Under the pieces are notes generated by a model, which did not search any database, was not told where the DNA came from, and saw only the letters and a program-made list of their open reading frames with translations. Below are positions 10,119-20,550 of a stretch of 64,000 nt of DNA, piece by piece. Each line of letters opens with the position of its first letter. Position 1 is the stretch's first letter. This DNA comes from a virus. Position numbers and translations under genes: made by a program. The stretch is from IMG/VR virus record IMGVR_UViG_3300042887_004758, positions 45,982 to 109,981 of that record. One strand, written 5' to 3'.

Positions 10119-10569
10119 AATTTATTAATTTTTTTATTCTGTTTATTTCCTCATTTATATTTTCAGGGGCAAGTTGTTTAAAGTGACTCTGATGTGTATT
10201 GTCAGATGCATTTGGAACTATAGGATTGAGATCTGTATCAGGTTTTGTATGTTTTTGAATAATGGATGACTTCTTATCTTTTTCTCTCATAGACTGAAGT
10301 ATACCAGTAACCCAACTCCTCATTTTATCTCCTCCGAGAAGTTCAAACGACAATCCTTCTTTCGGGTTGGTTTTGAACCAATTTTGAATTCTCTCCAAGT
10401 TTTGGAATGTCAACATACCCTTCTTTACCAAGTCCAAATTTCTTTTCCACCCTTGAGTTTGAGATAATTCCTCTTTGGATTTTCCCGCACCGAGTTTTTG
10501 TTTCTCTTTTAGAAGACTTATAAGTTCTTGTGGAACCTTTATTTGTTTTCCGTAGAGTGAACTATTCAT
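10105..10569 (-). CDS. Hypothetical protein, possibly head-associated
   Basis: 154-aa ORF; C-terminal INEEINRIKKLI resembles motifs in other late genes here. Confidence 0.65.
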   Translation of the reverse strand: MNSSLYGKQIKVPQELISLLKEKQKLGAGKSKEELSQTQGWKRNLDLVKKGMLTFQNLERIQNWFKTNPKEGLSFELLGGDKMRSWVTGILQSMREKDKKSSIIQKHTKPDTDLNPIVPNASDNTHQSHFKQLAPENINEEINRIKKLINYGSK

Positions 10570-11342
10570 AGGTTCTTTATTAATTTCAATAATTCAGACA
10601 TTGTTAATCCTTCTTTGTCTGCCAATTTTTTGATGGATTTTATATTTCTTTGTAAGATTTTTGATGTTTTTGGTTCTTTATCACTAACATCATTATCTTT
10701 TGATGATTTTCTAACCAAGATATCTTCCACCATCTTAATCGCTTTTTGTCGTTGTTCTTCTTGAATTTCTCTTTCTTTTAGAACACTTCTTGATACGAAA
10801 TTTGGATCGTCTTTGTATGGTGATTTTTCGTCCATTTCTGATTTTTTTCCGAATTCTATGGTTCTATCTTCAGCATCGGCAACATCCATACCCAGTTCTT
10901 TTTCAAGGTACTTAATTGTATCTTCCGCGTCCATAAATTTGGTTTCTTCATAACCAAATGCATCTTCAAAATTTACTTCTTTCAACGAAGGTGAAAAATA
11001 AGCTCCGAAAGCTCTGAAACCTCTTGATAGTGGATCGTTAGTAATTCTTGCGTTTGGAATGGTTTGATCCATCGTTTTTCTTGGATGAAGTTTTGGGTTA
11101 AGTCCAAATGGTATTTTAGAACTGTTCATAGTTCCATCAAAATCAATTAATTCATCCAATTCTTTTTTGGGTTCCTTTGATTTTGAAACATATTGTTTTT
11201 TGGGTTCCTTTGATTTTGAAACATATTGTTTGTGACTTTTGCATGGCATAAAGACCTCACCGTGTTTGTGAGTTCCTTCACAACCGAGTTCTTCTGCCTT
11301 TTTTTCGGCCGTTGTTTCTAACTTATATCCCTTAAGTTTCAT
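10566..11342 (-). CDS. Hypothetical late protein with N-terminal DUF3721-like Cys/His motif
   Basis: AEKKAEELGCEGTHKHGEVFMPCKSH; upstream TATTTATA motif. Confidence 0.65.
   Translation of the reverse strand: MKLKGYKLETTAEKKAEELGCEGTHKHGEVFMPCKSHKQYVSKSKEPKKQYVSKSKEPKKELDELIDFDGTMNSSKIPFGLNPKLHPRKTMDQTIPNARITNDPLSRGFRAFGAYFSPSLKEVNFEDAFGYEETKFMDAEDTIKYLEKELGMDVADAEDRTIEFGKKSEMDEKSPYKDDPNFVSRSVLKEREIQEEQRQKAIKMVEDILVRKSSKDNDVSDKEPKTSKILQRNIKSIKKLADKEGLTMSELLKLIKNL
11163..11228. repeat. Perfect 33-bp tandem duplication (KQYVSKSKEPK x2)
   Basis: ttttttgggttcctttgattttgaaacatattg occurs twice in tandem. Confidence 0.95.
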
Positions 11343-11356
11343 TAAGTTTTTTTATC

Positions 11357-11383
11357 TATAAATACAAGGTGAGATGTATTTAT
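11357..11383. promoter_or_regulatory. Divergent pair of TATTTAT(A) putative late promoters
   Basis: TATTTATA on minus strand at 11364-11357 and TATTTAT on plus strand at 11377-11383, each 14-16 nt before a start codon. Confidence 0.65.
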
Positions 11384-11399
11384 TTTAAAAAAAGAATCC

Positions 11400-13796
11400 G
11401 TGGGAATACAAAATATCCGAAATCATTCCAACAACTCCATTAAATTGAGATTGGATACTTCTGAGTATTATGATTTTTATCTATCTAAAGATGAAATTGA
11501 ATATGATCAGGAGACCGTATTTTCAACAAATTTGATCGGTTTTGATGACGGAAATGTATTACCTGTTAATATAAGATTGTGGGATCCGGATTGTTCACCT
11601 CAACTCGAATTATTTTACGATGATTTTGAAACTGATAATAATTTAGTATCGGATAAGTTCTATCCTTTTCCTGATTTAGTTGATGCATCTTGTTACTCGT
11701 TGAGTGGAATTTGTGATGTTGGATTAACAGGAATTGACAATGGACTCACAGACAGAATGAGTGGTGAAACACTCTATTACACAAGAGGATTATTAGATTC
11801 AATTAACAAATTTGACAGATTAACATACGATAGACATCTTAAATTAATTTCGGTCACATCAAATGTAAGATCACCCAACTCAAGATTTTCAGGTATAACG
11901 GCAAACACCCTATATAATATAGTTTCAAAACAAGAGGCGGGTATAGGATACTACCAAGAATTATATGGTGGTTTTTATCAAGGTTTTTACAAACTATACG
12001 AATATGATTGGCAAATATTACCCGAAAGATATGAACTCGGATGGTCTATGGAGACGGTAATAAAGCCAAGAATATATGATGAATTTGAACCCGGCGCAGG
12101 TGAGACCACTCTAAACGAAATCTATCCAAATAACGCAGGGATTTTCTTCTATATGGGGACAAGAGCGGAAGATAAATTCTATCATTATGCCACAGGTCAT
12201 CCTGAAAGTTACACAGCTTATACACGAGTAACCGAAGAATTAAGTTGTTTGAAAACTTGTTCTTGTACTTTGACGGCATTCACTTCAGATTGTTACAATG
12301 TTTACCCAATATCAGGTGACACCTATCAAGGAACGGATTGTACCGTTTGTGGAAATGCATGTGAACACAAAGTGGTTGCCATACCACCCAAAGATCCAAC
12401 GATAGATGTATTATCAAATTCATTTGCAATACGATTATCGGGTGACCCAAAAAACCCAAAAATTAATATAAGGACAATTACCATCACGGGAGCATGTCAA
12501 ACAACTGCGGATTGTGAAACACACGAATATTATTTAACAGGATATACAATCAACAACATTTATTCCAATATTGGAATTTACGATTTCTGTTCGGGAAGTA
12601 CCAACCAAACTGACTTTTTGAATACTGAAAAATGGTTACAGGTTGATGTCGTATTCAAACGATATACTTTCTACGAGGGATGTGACTTATTCTATGAAGG
12701 TGGAATTGGGGAAATGAGTTCCTTAATTTACCCTGCAACTGAAAGAGGTGACACTTTAAGTTTAATTCAACCACCTTATACTCACGACCAAGAAAAAGAA
12801 TACCCCGTCCAAAGAGTCGTTATGAATAGAGATTTCATTGACTCAAAAGATAAAAGACTTGGATCTTTGAAAGTATATCTCAATGGTTATTTATTTATGA
12901 TCGTAGAAAACTTTGAGGAAATTATTCCAAGACCTTTGAATACCGAAAAAGAAAAACAAATCGGTGTAAGTTATTCAATGTCATGGGGTGGTGGTACTCA
13001 AGGATTAAGGGAGAATCTAACATTTAATAGTTGTACAGGAACCACTTACCAACAGGATCCTGAGTTATTTCCCGATACAGTTTTGTCAGGTACATCACTT
13101 TCACAATTAGAGACCGGTATTTTATTAGAAAAGTACTTTGGGGGAACTTTTGATGGTGCAATTTCAGAATTTAGATTCTATGCCGAACCATTGAATGGTG
13201 GACAAGTTCAACACAATAACAGAATTTTAAGAAATACTTATGATCTCTTTGATTATTTCTGTTTGGATTGTGAAAATTTCGAACCTTTACCAACACCATC
13301 ACCAACCCCAACACCTACAGTTACACCAACGGTCACCAAAACTCCAACAAATACGCCAACAGTAACACCAACACTTACACCTTCAATTACCCAAACAATA
13401 ACACCTACTCAAACAATTACTCCCACACCCACAGAAACACCTACACCCACGGCAACAGTAACACCCACAGAAACACCTACACAAACCCCTACACCATCTA
13501 TTACTCCGAGTATCACACCAACAATATCTTTAACTCCAAGTCAAACAGTTACACCTGGACTTACTCCAACACAAACACCAAGTGTAACCCCCACTCAAAC
13601 TCCAACACAGACACCAACAGTTACGACGACACCAACGGTGACAACTACTCCAACACCAACTCAAACTCCAACTCAGACTCAAACTCCAACCGTATCACCG
13701 ACAACTACTATAACACCATCAATTACGCCTTCTATTTCAGAAACACCTACCGCTTCGGGTATAAGAACTGTCTTTGTTAGATTTAATACGCTGTAA
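11400..13796 (+). CDS. Putative virion protein: ConA/LamG-like region plus long C-terminal Thr/Pro mucin-like tract
   Basis: FDGAISEFRFYAEPL resembles a LamG C-terminal motif; followed by about 150 aa of PTPT/TVTPT repeats; Cys-rich inserts. Confidence 0.7.
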   Translation: MGIQNIRNHSNNSIKLRLDTSEYYDFYLSKDEIEYDQETVFSTNLIGFDDGNVLPVNIRLWDPDCSPQLELFYDDFETDNNLVSDKFYPFPDLVDASCYSLSGICDVGLTGIDNGLTDRMSGETLYYTRGLLDSINKFDRLTYDRHLKLISVTSNVRSPNSRFSGITANTLYNIVSKQEAGIGYYQELYGGFYQGFYKLYEYDWQILPERYELGWSMETVIKPRIYDEFEPGAGETTLNEIYPNNAGIFFYMGTRAEDKFYHYATGHPESYTAYTRVTEELSCLKTCSCTLTAFTSDCYNVYPISGDTYQGTDCTVCGNACEHKVVAIPPKDPTIDVLSNSFAIRLSGDPKNPKINIRTITITGACQTTADCETHEYYLTGYTINNIYSNIGIYDFCSGSTNQTDFLNTEKWLQVDVVFKRYTFYEGCDLFYEGGIGEMSSLIYPATERGDTLSLIQPPYTHDQEKEYPVQRVVMNRDFIDSKDKRLGSLKVYLNGYLFMIVENFEEIIPRPLNTEKEKQIGVSYSMSWGGGTQGLRENLTFNSCTGTTYQQDPELFPDTVLSGTSLSQLETGILLEKYFGGTFDGAISEFRFYAEPLNGGQVQHNNRILRNTYDLFDYFCLDCENFEPLPTPSPTPTPTVTPTVTKTPTNTPTVTPTLTPSITQTITPTQTITPTPTETPTPTATVTPTETPTQTPTPSITPSITPTISLTPSQTVTPGLTPTQTPSVTPTQTPTQTPTVTTTPTVTTTPTPTQTPTQTQTPTVSPTTTITPSITPSISETPTASGIRTVFVRFNTL

Positions 13797-13798
13797 AA

Positions 13799-15019
13799 AT
13801 GGAAACGAACAATTTACTCCAATCAATTGAAAATTTAAAGATAGAATATAACAATGATTCAATTTGTTTGGGAAAAAAAATCAAAAATGGTGTGGTTACT
13901 GATGAATTATCTATAGTTTTTTTTGTTGACGAAAAAAAACCAATAGAAAATTTAACTCAAAGTGATCTAATACCATCGAGAATAAATGTTGGTGGGACTA
14001 TTTTGAAGACCGATGTTGTTGAAAGTACAACACTGAACGTTCATCCTTGTCCAACAGAATTTAATTCAACCTGTATCTTTAATCCAGTACCAAATAGATC
14101 TTATATAAGACCAATAAAGGGTGGTATTTCAATAAGAAAAACAACTGATGGTATTGGAACTCTTGGTTTTTTGGCTAAACATACTGAAACAGGTGCATTG
14201 GTTGGTGTTACTAATTTACACGTTGCACTAAAAGTACATTTTAATGCAAATGACCTTTGTAAAGAACCACCTTGTACGTTTGATTATAACTCCCTAATTG
14301 AACAAATTTATCAACCAGGTGAAAGTTCATCTTACGAAACAGATTTTTATAACTTAGGCCGTGTTATGTATTGTACTTTACTTTATAATACTGGTTCGGC
14401 TGAAATTGATTGTTGTTTAGTGGCTTTAAAAGAAAGTGTATTGTCAAATAGTGAATCTTTCAAACAATATGGATTGAGTTTTACAACACCCCCTGTATTT
14501 GCAACAACCGCTGAGCTTGATTCTATTTTAACAAATAATATTCCTTTAGCCGCGTCCGGTAGATCATCAGGACCGAAAGAAGGTTCATTGTGTGGACTAA
14601 AAGCATTATATGTAAATTATTCATCTATGGTTAATGGATATAGAAAAAACAACGACGGATACGTTTGGGGTAAGAGATTTGCAAATCAAATTGCCTATAC
14701 TAGAGTAGATCAAGATTGTCCTGACCCATCAATACCCGGTGATTCGGGTTCCGCGGTTTTTGGAAATTTCGGAGGAACTTGGAAAGTTGTTGGTCTGAAC
14801 TTTGCCGGTGGAACTATGAGTTCAGGCATTGATATAGGAATATTCAATAGAATCGATAGGGTTGCGGCCTTAATGGGAATTGAAGCGTGGGATGGATCTC
14901 AATTGAATTTTATAGATCTTAATAATGTCAGTACTTACCAAGTTCAAGGTTTCAACTCCAACAACACAATAACTGTTGATGGTTCTACTTATTGTCAATC
15001 TGGATTAGTTAATAGTTAA
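13799..15019 (+). CDS. Trypsin-like (clan PA, Nal1-like) serine protease
   Basis: GTLG, TNLHV (His), EIDCCLV (Asp), PGDSGS (Ser), VVGLNFAG; N-terminal IVFFVDEKKP...IPSRI...TDVVE prodomain-like region. Confidence 0.8.
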   Translation: METNNLLQSIENLKIEYNNDSICLGKKIKNGVVTDELSIVFFVDEKKPIENLTQSDLIPSRINVGGTILKTDVVESTTLNVHPCPTEFNSTCIFNPVPNRSYIRPIKGGISIRKTTDGIGTLGFLAKHTETGALVGVTNLHVALKVHFNANDLCKEPPCTFDYNSLIEQIYQPGESSSYETDFYNLGRVMYCTLLYNTGSAEIDCCLVALKESVLSNSESFKQYGLSFTTPPVFATTAELDSILTNNIPLAASGRSSGPKEGSLCGLKALYVNYSSMVNGYRKNNDGYVWGKRFANQIAYTRVDQDCPDPSIPGDSGSAVFGNFGGTWKVVGLNFAGGTMSSGIDIGIFNRIDRVAALMGIEAWDGSQLNFIDLNNVSTYQVQGFNSNNTITVDGSTYCQSGLVNS

Positions 15020-15081
15020 TATTTACCTCTTCAAAACTTAATTTATGATTTGAATAAAATAAATTTTCAAACATAATTAAA

Positions 15082-16326
15082 GTGACTATATTTGTCCAAA
15101 TAGCATCATACAGAGATCCCGAATTAGAAAACACAGTTAGGGATATGATTTCAAACGCCGATCGACCCGAAAAATTAAGGTTTGGTATTGCAAGACAATA
15201 TAAAGAAGAGGACGGTTTTGATAAATTAGAAGAATTTAGAAATGATGATAGATTCAGAATTTTAGATATACCTTACGAAGAATCAAACGGAGCTTGTTGG
15301 GCGAGACACCTTATCCAACAACTTTATAGGAATGAAACCTATACCCTCCAAATCGATTCACATATGAGATTCGAAAAGGGTTGGGACACCACTTTGATCG
15401 ATATGATTGACCAACTACAAGAAGATGGACATGAGAAACCACTTCTAACAGGATATGTAAGTTCATTTGATCCTGATAATGACCCCGCAGGAAGAGCAAG
15501 AGATCCTTGGAGAATGGCATTCGATAGATTTATCCCCGAGGGTGCAGTTTTCTTCCTACCTGAAACAATACCTGGTTGGACTGAACTAACCAAACCAGTT
15601 CCCGCTAGATTTTATTCCGCACACTTTTGCTTCACACTCGGAAAATTTTCAAAAGAAGTTCAACACGACCCTGAATATTATTTCCACGGAGAGGAAATCA
15701 GCATCGCAGCAAGAGCATACACTCACGGATATGATTTGTTTCACCCTCACAAGGTAGTTGTTTATCACGAATACACAAGAAAAGGACGAACCAAACAGTG
15801 GGATGACGATAAGAAGTGGGTTGAAAAGAACAATCATTCTCATAAGAGAAACAGACAACTTTTTGGTATGGATGGTGAAGAAATGGTTGACTTAGGTCAA
15901 TTTGGATTTGGTCCCGTCAGAACTTTAAGAGATTATGAAAAATATTCAGGTCTCCTCTTTAGTAAAAGAGCGGTTCAAAAATACACTTTGGATAAGGAAT
16001 ATCCACCAAATCCAAATAATTACGAAACGGAGGAAGACTGGATCAACTCATTCACAAAACAATTCAAACATTGTATCGATGTTGCCTATGATCAGGTTCC
16101 CGAAAGAGATTATGATTTTTGGGTGGTTGCATTCCATGATCACAAGGATGAAACAATATACCGTAAGGATGCGGATAAACACGAAATTCAAGGGTTTTTT
16201 AGAGATCCTGACGGGTATTGTAAAGTTTGGAGAACTTTCAATGCTGAAGAAAAACCTGCATATTGGGTTGTTTGGCCACACTCTGAATCTAAAGGGTGGG
16301 GTGAAAGAATGACAGGAAATTTATAA
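15082..16326 (+). CDS. GT60-like polypeptide alpha-GlcNAc transferase (Pfam GlcNAc family)
   Basis: TIFVQIASYRDPE, GACWARH, YTLQIDSHMRFEKGWD (DxH motif), FHGEEISIAARAYTHGYDLFHP. Confidence 0.85.
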   Translation: MTIFVQIASYRDPELENTVRDMISNADRPEKLRFGIARQYKEEDGFDKLEEFRNDDRFRILDIPYEESNGACWARHLIQQLYRNETYTLQIDSHMRFEKGWDTTLIDMIDQLQEDGHEKPLLTGYVSSFDPDNDPAGRARDPWRMAFDRFIPEGAVFFLPETIPGWTELTKPVPARFYSAHFCFTLGKFSKEVQHDPEYYFHGEEISIAARAYTHGYDLFHPHKVVVYHEYTRKGRTKQWDDDKKWVEKNNHSHKRNRQLFGMDGEEMVDLGQFGFGPVRTLRDYEKYSGLLFSKRAVQKYTLDKEYPPNPNNYETEEDWINSFTKQFKHCIDVAYDQVPERDYDFWVVAFHDHKDETIYRKDADKHEIQGFFRDPDGYCKVWRTFNAEEKPAYWVVWPHSESKGWGERMTGNL

Positions 16327-16330
16327 AAAA

Positions 16331-16891
16331 ATGAAAGATTTATTTCTCAATTTAAAAAATGAAGACTTGGATGAGTTGAAAATGGAATCTTATTCTTTAA
16401 TCAATAATGAAGAATATCAAAATTATTTTTTACAAAAATCATCTCAGGAACACTATCGACTACTAACTTTTTTATCCAATTATTTTGATGGTGTATCATT
16501 TGTTGATGTCGGTACTTTATTAGGTTGTTCAGCATTGGCTTTGGCCGCAAACAAAACAAATAAAGTTTACTCATTTAATTTGACAGATCAATTACAATTG
16601 AAAGAAAAACCGCAAAATGTTGAGTTTATAGTCGATGACGTAATGAGTGATAAATACAAAGAAATCATATTAGATTCCAAAATAATTCTGTTAGATACTT
16701 TCCATACAGGAGATTTTGAACTTATTTTTTTGAACTATTTGAAAAAAATTAATTATAATGGAATATTGATATTAGACGACATACGTTTGAATAATGAAAT
16801 GTCTCAGTTTTGGGAGACAATAAATGAAGATAAAATGGAAATCACCAACTTGGGTCATGTATCAGGGACTGGTGTTGTTTTTTTTGATTAA
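16331..16891 (+). CDS. Class I SAM-dependent methyltransferase
   Basis: FVDVGTLLGCSA, ILLDTFH, ILILDDI. Confidence 0.8.
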   Translation: MKDLFLNLKNEDLDELKMESYSLINNEEYQNYFLQKSSQEHYRLLTFLSNYFDGVSFVDVGTLLGCSALALAANKTNKVYSFNLTDQLQLKEKPQNVEFIVDDVMSDKYKEIILDSKIILLDTFHTGDFELIFLNYLKKINYNGILILDDIRLNNEMSQFWETINEDKMEITNLGHVSGTGVVFFD

Positions 16892-16893
16892 AG

Positions 16894-17526
16894 ATGATAA
16901 AAAGTTGGACATATAACACCACCGGTGGTAAAAGGGAAGACATAAAAAAATATATATCCGACAACAATTTGAAAACAGTTGATGTTGGTGCATCTTACAT
17001 GTTTTGGTCTTATCCTGAGTGTAAATTTGTTGCCGATTCGATTGTTGTCAATAAGGATGATGTTACTTTTTTTAATTTGAATTTGGAAGATAAAACCACA
17101 TGGGGTGAGATATTATCATATGTCGAAACCTATGGAAAATTTGATTTCTCTATTTGCTCACACACAATTGAAGATGTATTTAATCCTTTGGAATTAACAG
17201 ACTTGTTGACTAAAATATCACTTGAGGGGTTTATTGCGTCACCATCAAAATATGATGAATTTTCGTTTTTATACCAAAATAAATATCGTGGTAATGCCCA
17301 TCATAAACAATTTTTAGAAATTATTAACAATGAAGTTGTTATTTTTCCAAAATTTTCTTGGATTGAAAATGATGTTAGAAGTGATGAAATCTTGATGAAA
17401 AATAAAGGTAAGGAAATTTCTTTTTTTTGGGAAAAGGAAATACCTATAAAAGTATTCGGAAATGGTATACCGTTTCAATCAGATAGTAACTTAATTAATG
17501 AATATTATAGACAATTGGATAATTAA
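16894..17526 (+). CDS. Class I SAM-dependent methyltransferase-like protein
   Basis: VDVGAS; FDFSICSHTIEDVFNP. Confidence 0.7.
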   Translation: MIKSWTYNTTGGKREDIKKYISDNNLKTVDVGASYMFWSYPECKFVADSIVVNKDDVTFFNLNLEDKTTWGEILSYVETYGKFDFSICSHTIEDVFNPLELTDLLTKISLEGFIASPSKYDEFSFLYQNKYRGNAHHKQFLEIINNEVVIFPKFSWIENDVRSDEILMKNKGKEISFFWEKEIPIKVFGNGIPFQSDSNLINEYYRQLDN

Positions 17527-18247
17527 TATGGAAAATGAAAAAATTTGCCTGATTACAGTATTATTTGACTATCCTGATTATTACGAACCATCTTTTTATA
17601 AAAACGCGTTGAAATATTTTTCATCTGAGGATATTCACATAGTCAGAAATTCTGGTTTGGTTAAGAATGGATCTTACTATGACAAACTGTATTACTATAA
17701 AATAGTAAATCTTTTAGAATACATTAAATCTCAAATTCTTGGGAAGTATAAATATATACTATTTTTAGATGCCACGGACACAAATTTTATCGGTTCACCA
17801 AAAAATATAGTTGAAGATTTTCATTCATTGAATTGTAGTATAGTTATGGGAGCTGAGAAGGGTTTGTGGCCACCGACTAACTATACTCACTTATATGAAA
17901 AAAAAAGGTCTATAAACAATTCCAAATATCTTAACTCAGGTACATATTTCGGATACACTGAAAAAATAATCTATCATTTAGAGGATATTATTACTAAAGA
18001 ATATCAAACGGGTATTGATGATCAAGGAAGATGGACAATTCAATATCTATTGAATGATGATATTATCATCGATCAAGAAAAAAACTTCTTTTTCAGTACG
18101 TTAGATAATAAAGACTATGTAGAAATCGAAAATAATAAAGTAACATTGTTAAATTCAAATGCGTTTATAATTCATGATAATGGACCCTTCAACGATAATA
18201 CCATAAAATTAACTCAATTTATTAATGAAAACTATCAGAATAACTAG
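17498..18247 (+). CDS. GT-A glycosyltransferase resembling the PLOD/collagen glycosyltransferase domain
   Basis: ILFLDATDT, IVMGAEKGLWP, YLNSGTYFG, DDQ, IIHDNG; the start may be the downstream MENEK. Confidence 0.75.
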   Translation: MNIIDNWIINMENEKICLITVLFDYPDYYEPSFYKNALKYFSSEDIHIVRNSGLVKNGSYYDKLYYYKIVNLLEYIKSQILGKYKYILFLDATDTNFIGSPKNIVEDFHSLNCSIVMGAEKGLWPPTNYTHLYEKKRSINNSKYLNSGTYFGYTEKIIYHLEDIITKEYQTGIDDQGRWTIQYLLNDDIIIDQEKNFFFSTLDNKDYVEIENNKVTLLNSNAFIIHDNGPFNDNTIKLTQFINENYQNN

Positions 18248-19208
18248 ACAAGGGTTTCCAAATCACGGTCAACACAGTTGGATGAGTTACTTTAAATTTG
18301 TACTATCCAAAAAATATAATGTACTTATTGATCCAATTAATCCTGACATTGTAATACACTCGGATCTACACTATAATAGAGAACAAATCGATACATATAC
18401 CAATCATTTACCTACAGAATATAGACAGAATGATAAGAATAAAAAATTTATTTATGTTTCAGGTGAAGTCGCCGATTTTTCAGGACCTATATTTGCAAAT
18501 GACAATCAGTGGGCGATAGGTTACAATAAATTTGAACACGAAAGATATTTGAGACAACCATCTGGTGTGTTCGATGTGTGGACATTATATGACGAATCAA
18601 GATTGGTTGATAGTCCATTATCTTGGTTGACTCAAAAGAGGAATATTGATCAAATTAAGAATAGAAACACAGGATTTTGTTCAATAACACAGGCATCAGA
18701 TAATAAATTTAGAGGTTTAGTCTTTGACAAATTAAATGAATATAAGATGGTTACGTCATCAGGCCCTTGGAGACAAAATATAGATCCAAAAGATGAACTG
18801 AACAAATATCAATGGTTGAATCAAGTTTATATTGGAAGAAACGATGGATTGACTTACAGAGAAAAAATACAGTTTTTTCAAAAGTATAAATTTAATATTG
18901 CAATACACTACACAAATACTGATTATATATTACAGGAAAAGTTATATCATGCTTTTTTTTCGGGTGCTATTCCTATTTTCTACGGGAATCAATATATTTT
19001 AGAGGAGGGATTTAACCCTGATAGTTTCGTAAATTTGCATAATTTTTCGGATTTGAATGATTTTTTGGAGTTAATCAAGAGAATAGATAATGACGACAAT
19101 TTGTATAAAAAATATATTGAAGCCCCTCTTTTTTTGAATAATGAATTACCAATTTACTATGATTTTGATTACACACTTAATTTTCTAGAGAAAATTGTTG
19201 AATCATGA
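18225..19208 (+). CDS. GT10 alpha-1,3/4-fucosyltransferase-like protein
   Basis: KIQFFQKYKFNIAIHYTNTDYILQEKLYHAFFSGAIPIFYG matches the GT10 motif (F-E-N positions altered). Confidence 0.8.
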   Translation: MKTIRITRQGFPNHGQHSWMSYFKFVLSKKYNVLIDPINPDIVIHSDLHYNREQIDTYTNHLPTEYRQNDKNKKFIYVSGEVADFSGPIFANDNQWAIGYNKFEHERYLRQPSGVFDVWTLYDESRLVDSPLSWLTQKRNIDQIKNRNTGFCSITQASDNKFRGLVFDKLNEYKMVTSSGPWRQNIDPKDELNKYQWLNQVYIGRNDGLTYREKIQFFQKYKFNIAIHYTNTDYILQEKLYHAFFSGAIPIFYGNQYILEEGFNPDSFVNLHNFSDLNDFLELIKRIDNDDNLYKKYIEAPLFLNNELPIYYDFDYTLNFLEKIVES

Positions 19209-19918
19209 AATACATTTTTACAACGTTGGCTGTTGGTAATTCGTACTTGGAAAATGCAATCAATTGTTATAATCAATTAAGTGAAAAATGTTCAGCAAGT
19301 TTTAATATTACAACAAACGAATCGATGGATGTAAGTGATAGAATCAATTTAGATTTATTTAAGTTAGACAAATATCACGATGACGGTGCTGGATTTTCAT
19401 TTTACTTGAATTTAAAAGTATTATCCCTCAAATATTGTTTAGATAAGGAATTTGACTACATCATTTTTAACGACGCCGATTGGATGACTTCGGAAGGTTT
19501 TAGTGAACAAAAAATTATTAACATGTTCAATTATATGGAAAAAAATAATTTAGATTTATTATTTGAAAGACCTGCCAAAATTGGTGACCACAAAAAAGAT
19601 TTACAAAATTGTTTTTTTGACAGGAAATTATTTGATTATAACGTCTTCGATCATAATAAATGGGATGAAGCTCATGTAGTTAATGAACAATTTTTAGTGT
19701 TTAAAAATAATTGGAAATTCAGATTTTTCGTTAGGAGATGGGAGGAGTTTTTGTGGTACTCTATAAAAAATAATATAAGGAATTACCCTGACGGATTCGA
19801 AATAGGTGTTTCTGCTTTGGAGTCTGATATGAAATGGGATTACGAAGCTTTTAGATACTTGTTACCAAATTGTTTTAAATTTTATGATAAATCTAATAAC
19901 TTACATAAAAAGTTTTAA
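19205..19918 (+). CDS. GT-A glycosyltransferase, possibly GT6-like
   Basis: N-terminal FTTLAVGNSY and FDYIIFNDADW (DxD); family assignment tentative. Confidence 0.5.
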   Translation: MKYIFTTLAVGNSYLENAINCYNQLSEKCSASFNITTNESMDVSDRINLDLFKLDKYHDDGAGFSFYLNLKVLSLKYCLDKEFDYIIFNDADWMTSEGFSEQKIINMFNYMEKNNLDLLFERPAKIGDHKKDLQNCFFDRKLFDYNVFDHNKWDEAHVVNEQFLVFKNNWKFRFFVRRWEEFLWYSIKNNIRNYPDGFEIGVSALESDMKWDYEAFRYLLPNCFKFYDKSNNLHKKF

Positions 19919-19920
19919 AT

Positions 19921-20550
19921 ATGAATATACAAACAAGAATTACTAAATTTACAAACTTGATAGATAATGACAGTCTATCGGCCTTTGACTATCATTCGGC
20001 ACAACAAACTCACGAGGCGTACCAAGTATTCTATGACTTTATTTCAAGAGTAAAACCCAAGAGGATTTTAGAAATAGGAACTGCTTTGGGTGGTTTTACT
20101 GAATTTTTAGATATAATTACTAAAGAACTCAAATTAGATGTCAAAATACTATCATATGATATTTCCGAAAGACCTTGGTATAGAGAAATGATTGAAAAAG
20201 GTATTGACGTTCGTGTTGAAAACATTTTTTCAGATGATTGGACTAATGTTAATCAGGAGGTCATTGACTTCATAAGGGAAGATGGTATAACTATAGTACT
20301 TTGTGACGGAGGGTATAAAATCGGAGAATTTAATTTATTATCTGATTTTTTAAAGGTCGGTGACTTTATATTGGCACATGATTTTTGCTTAAATGACGAG
20401 GTATTTGAAAATGAAATGAAAAATAAAATTTGGAATTGGTGTGAAATTAAAGAATCTGACATAGTAAGTAAATCTCAAAAAAACAATCTGTCTTTCTATG
20501 ATTATGATTTATTTAAAAAAGCAGCTTGGGTTTGTAAAGTTAAAGAATGA
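19921..20550 (+). CDS. Class I SAM-dependent O-methyltransferase (CmcI/Methyltransf_24-like)
   Basis: RILEIGTALGG, ILSYDI, VLCDGG, GDFILAHD. Confidence 0.75.
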   Translation: MNIQTRITKFTNLIDNDSLSAFDYHSAQQTHEAYQVFYDFISRVKPKRILEIGTALGGFTEFLDIITKELKLDVKILSYDISERPWYREMIEKGIDVRVENIFSDDWTNVNQEVIDFIREDGITIVLCDGGYKIGEFNLLSDFLKVGDFILAHDFCLNDEVFENEMKNKIWNWCEIKESDIVSKSQKNNLSFYDYDLFKKAAWVCKVKE

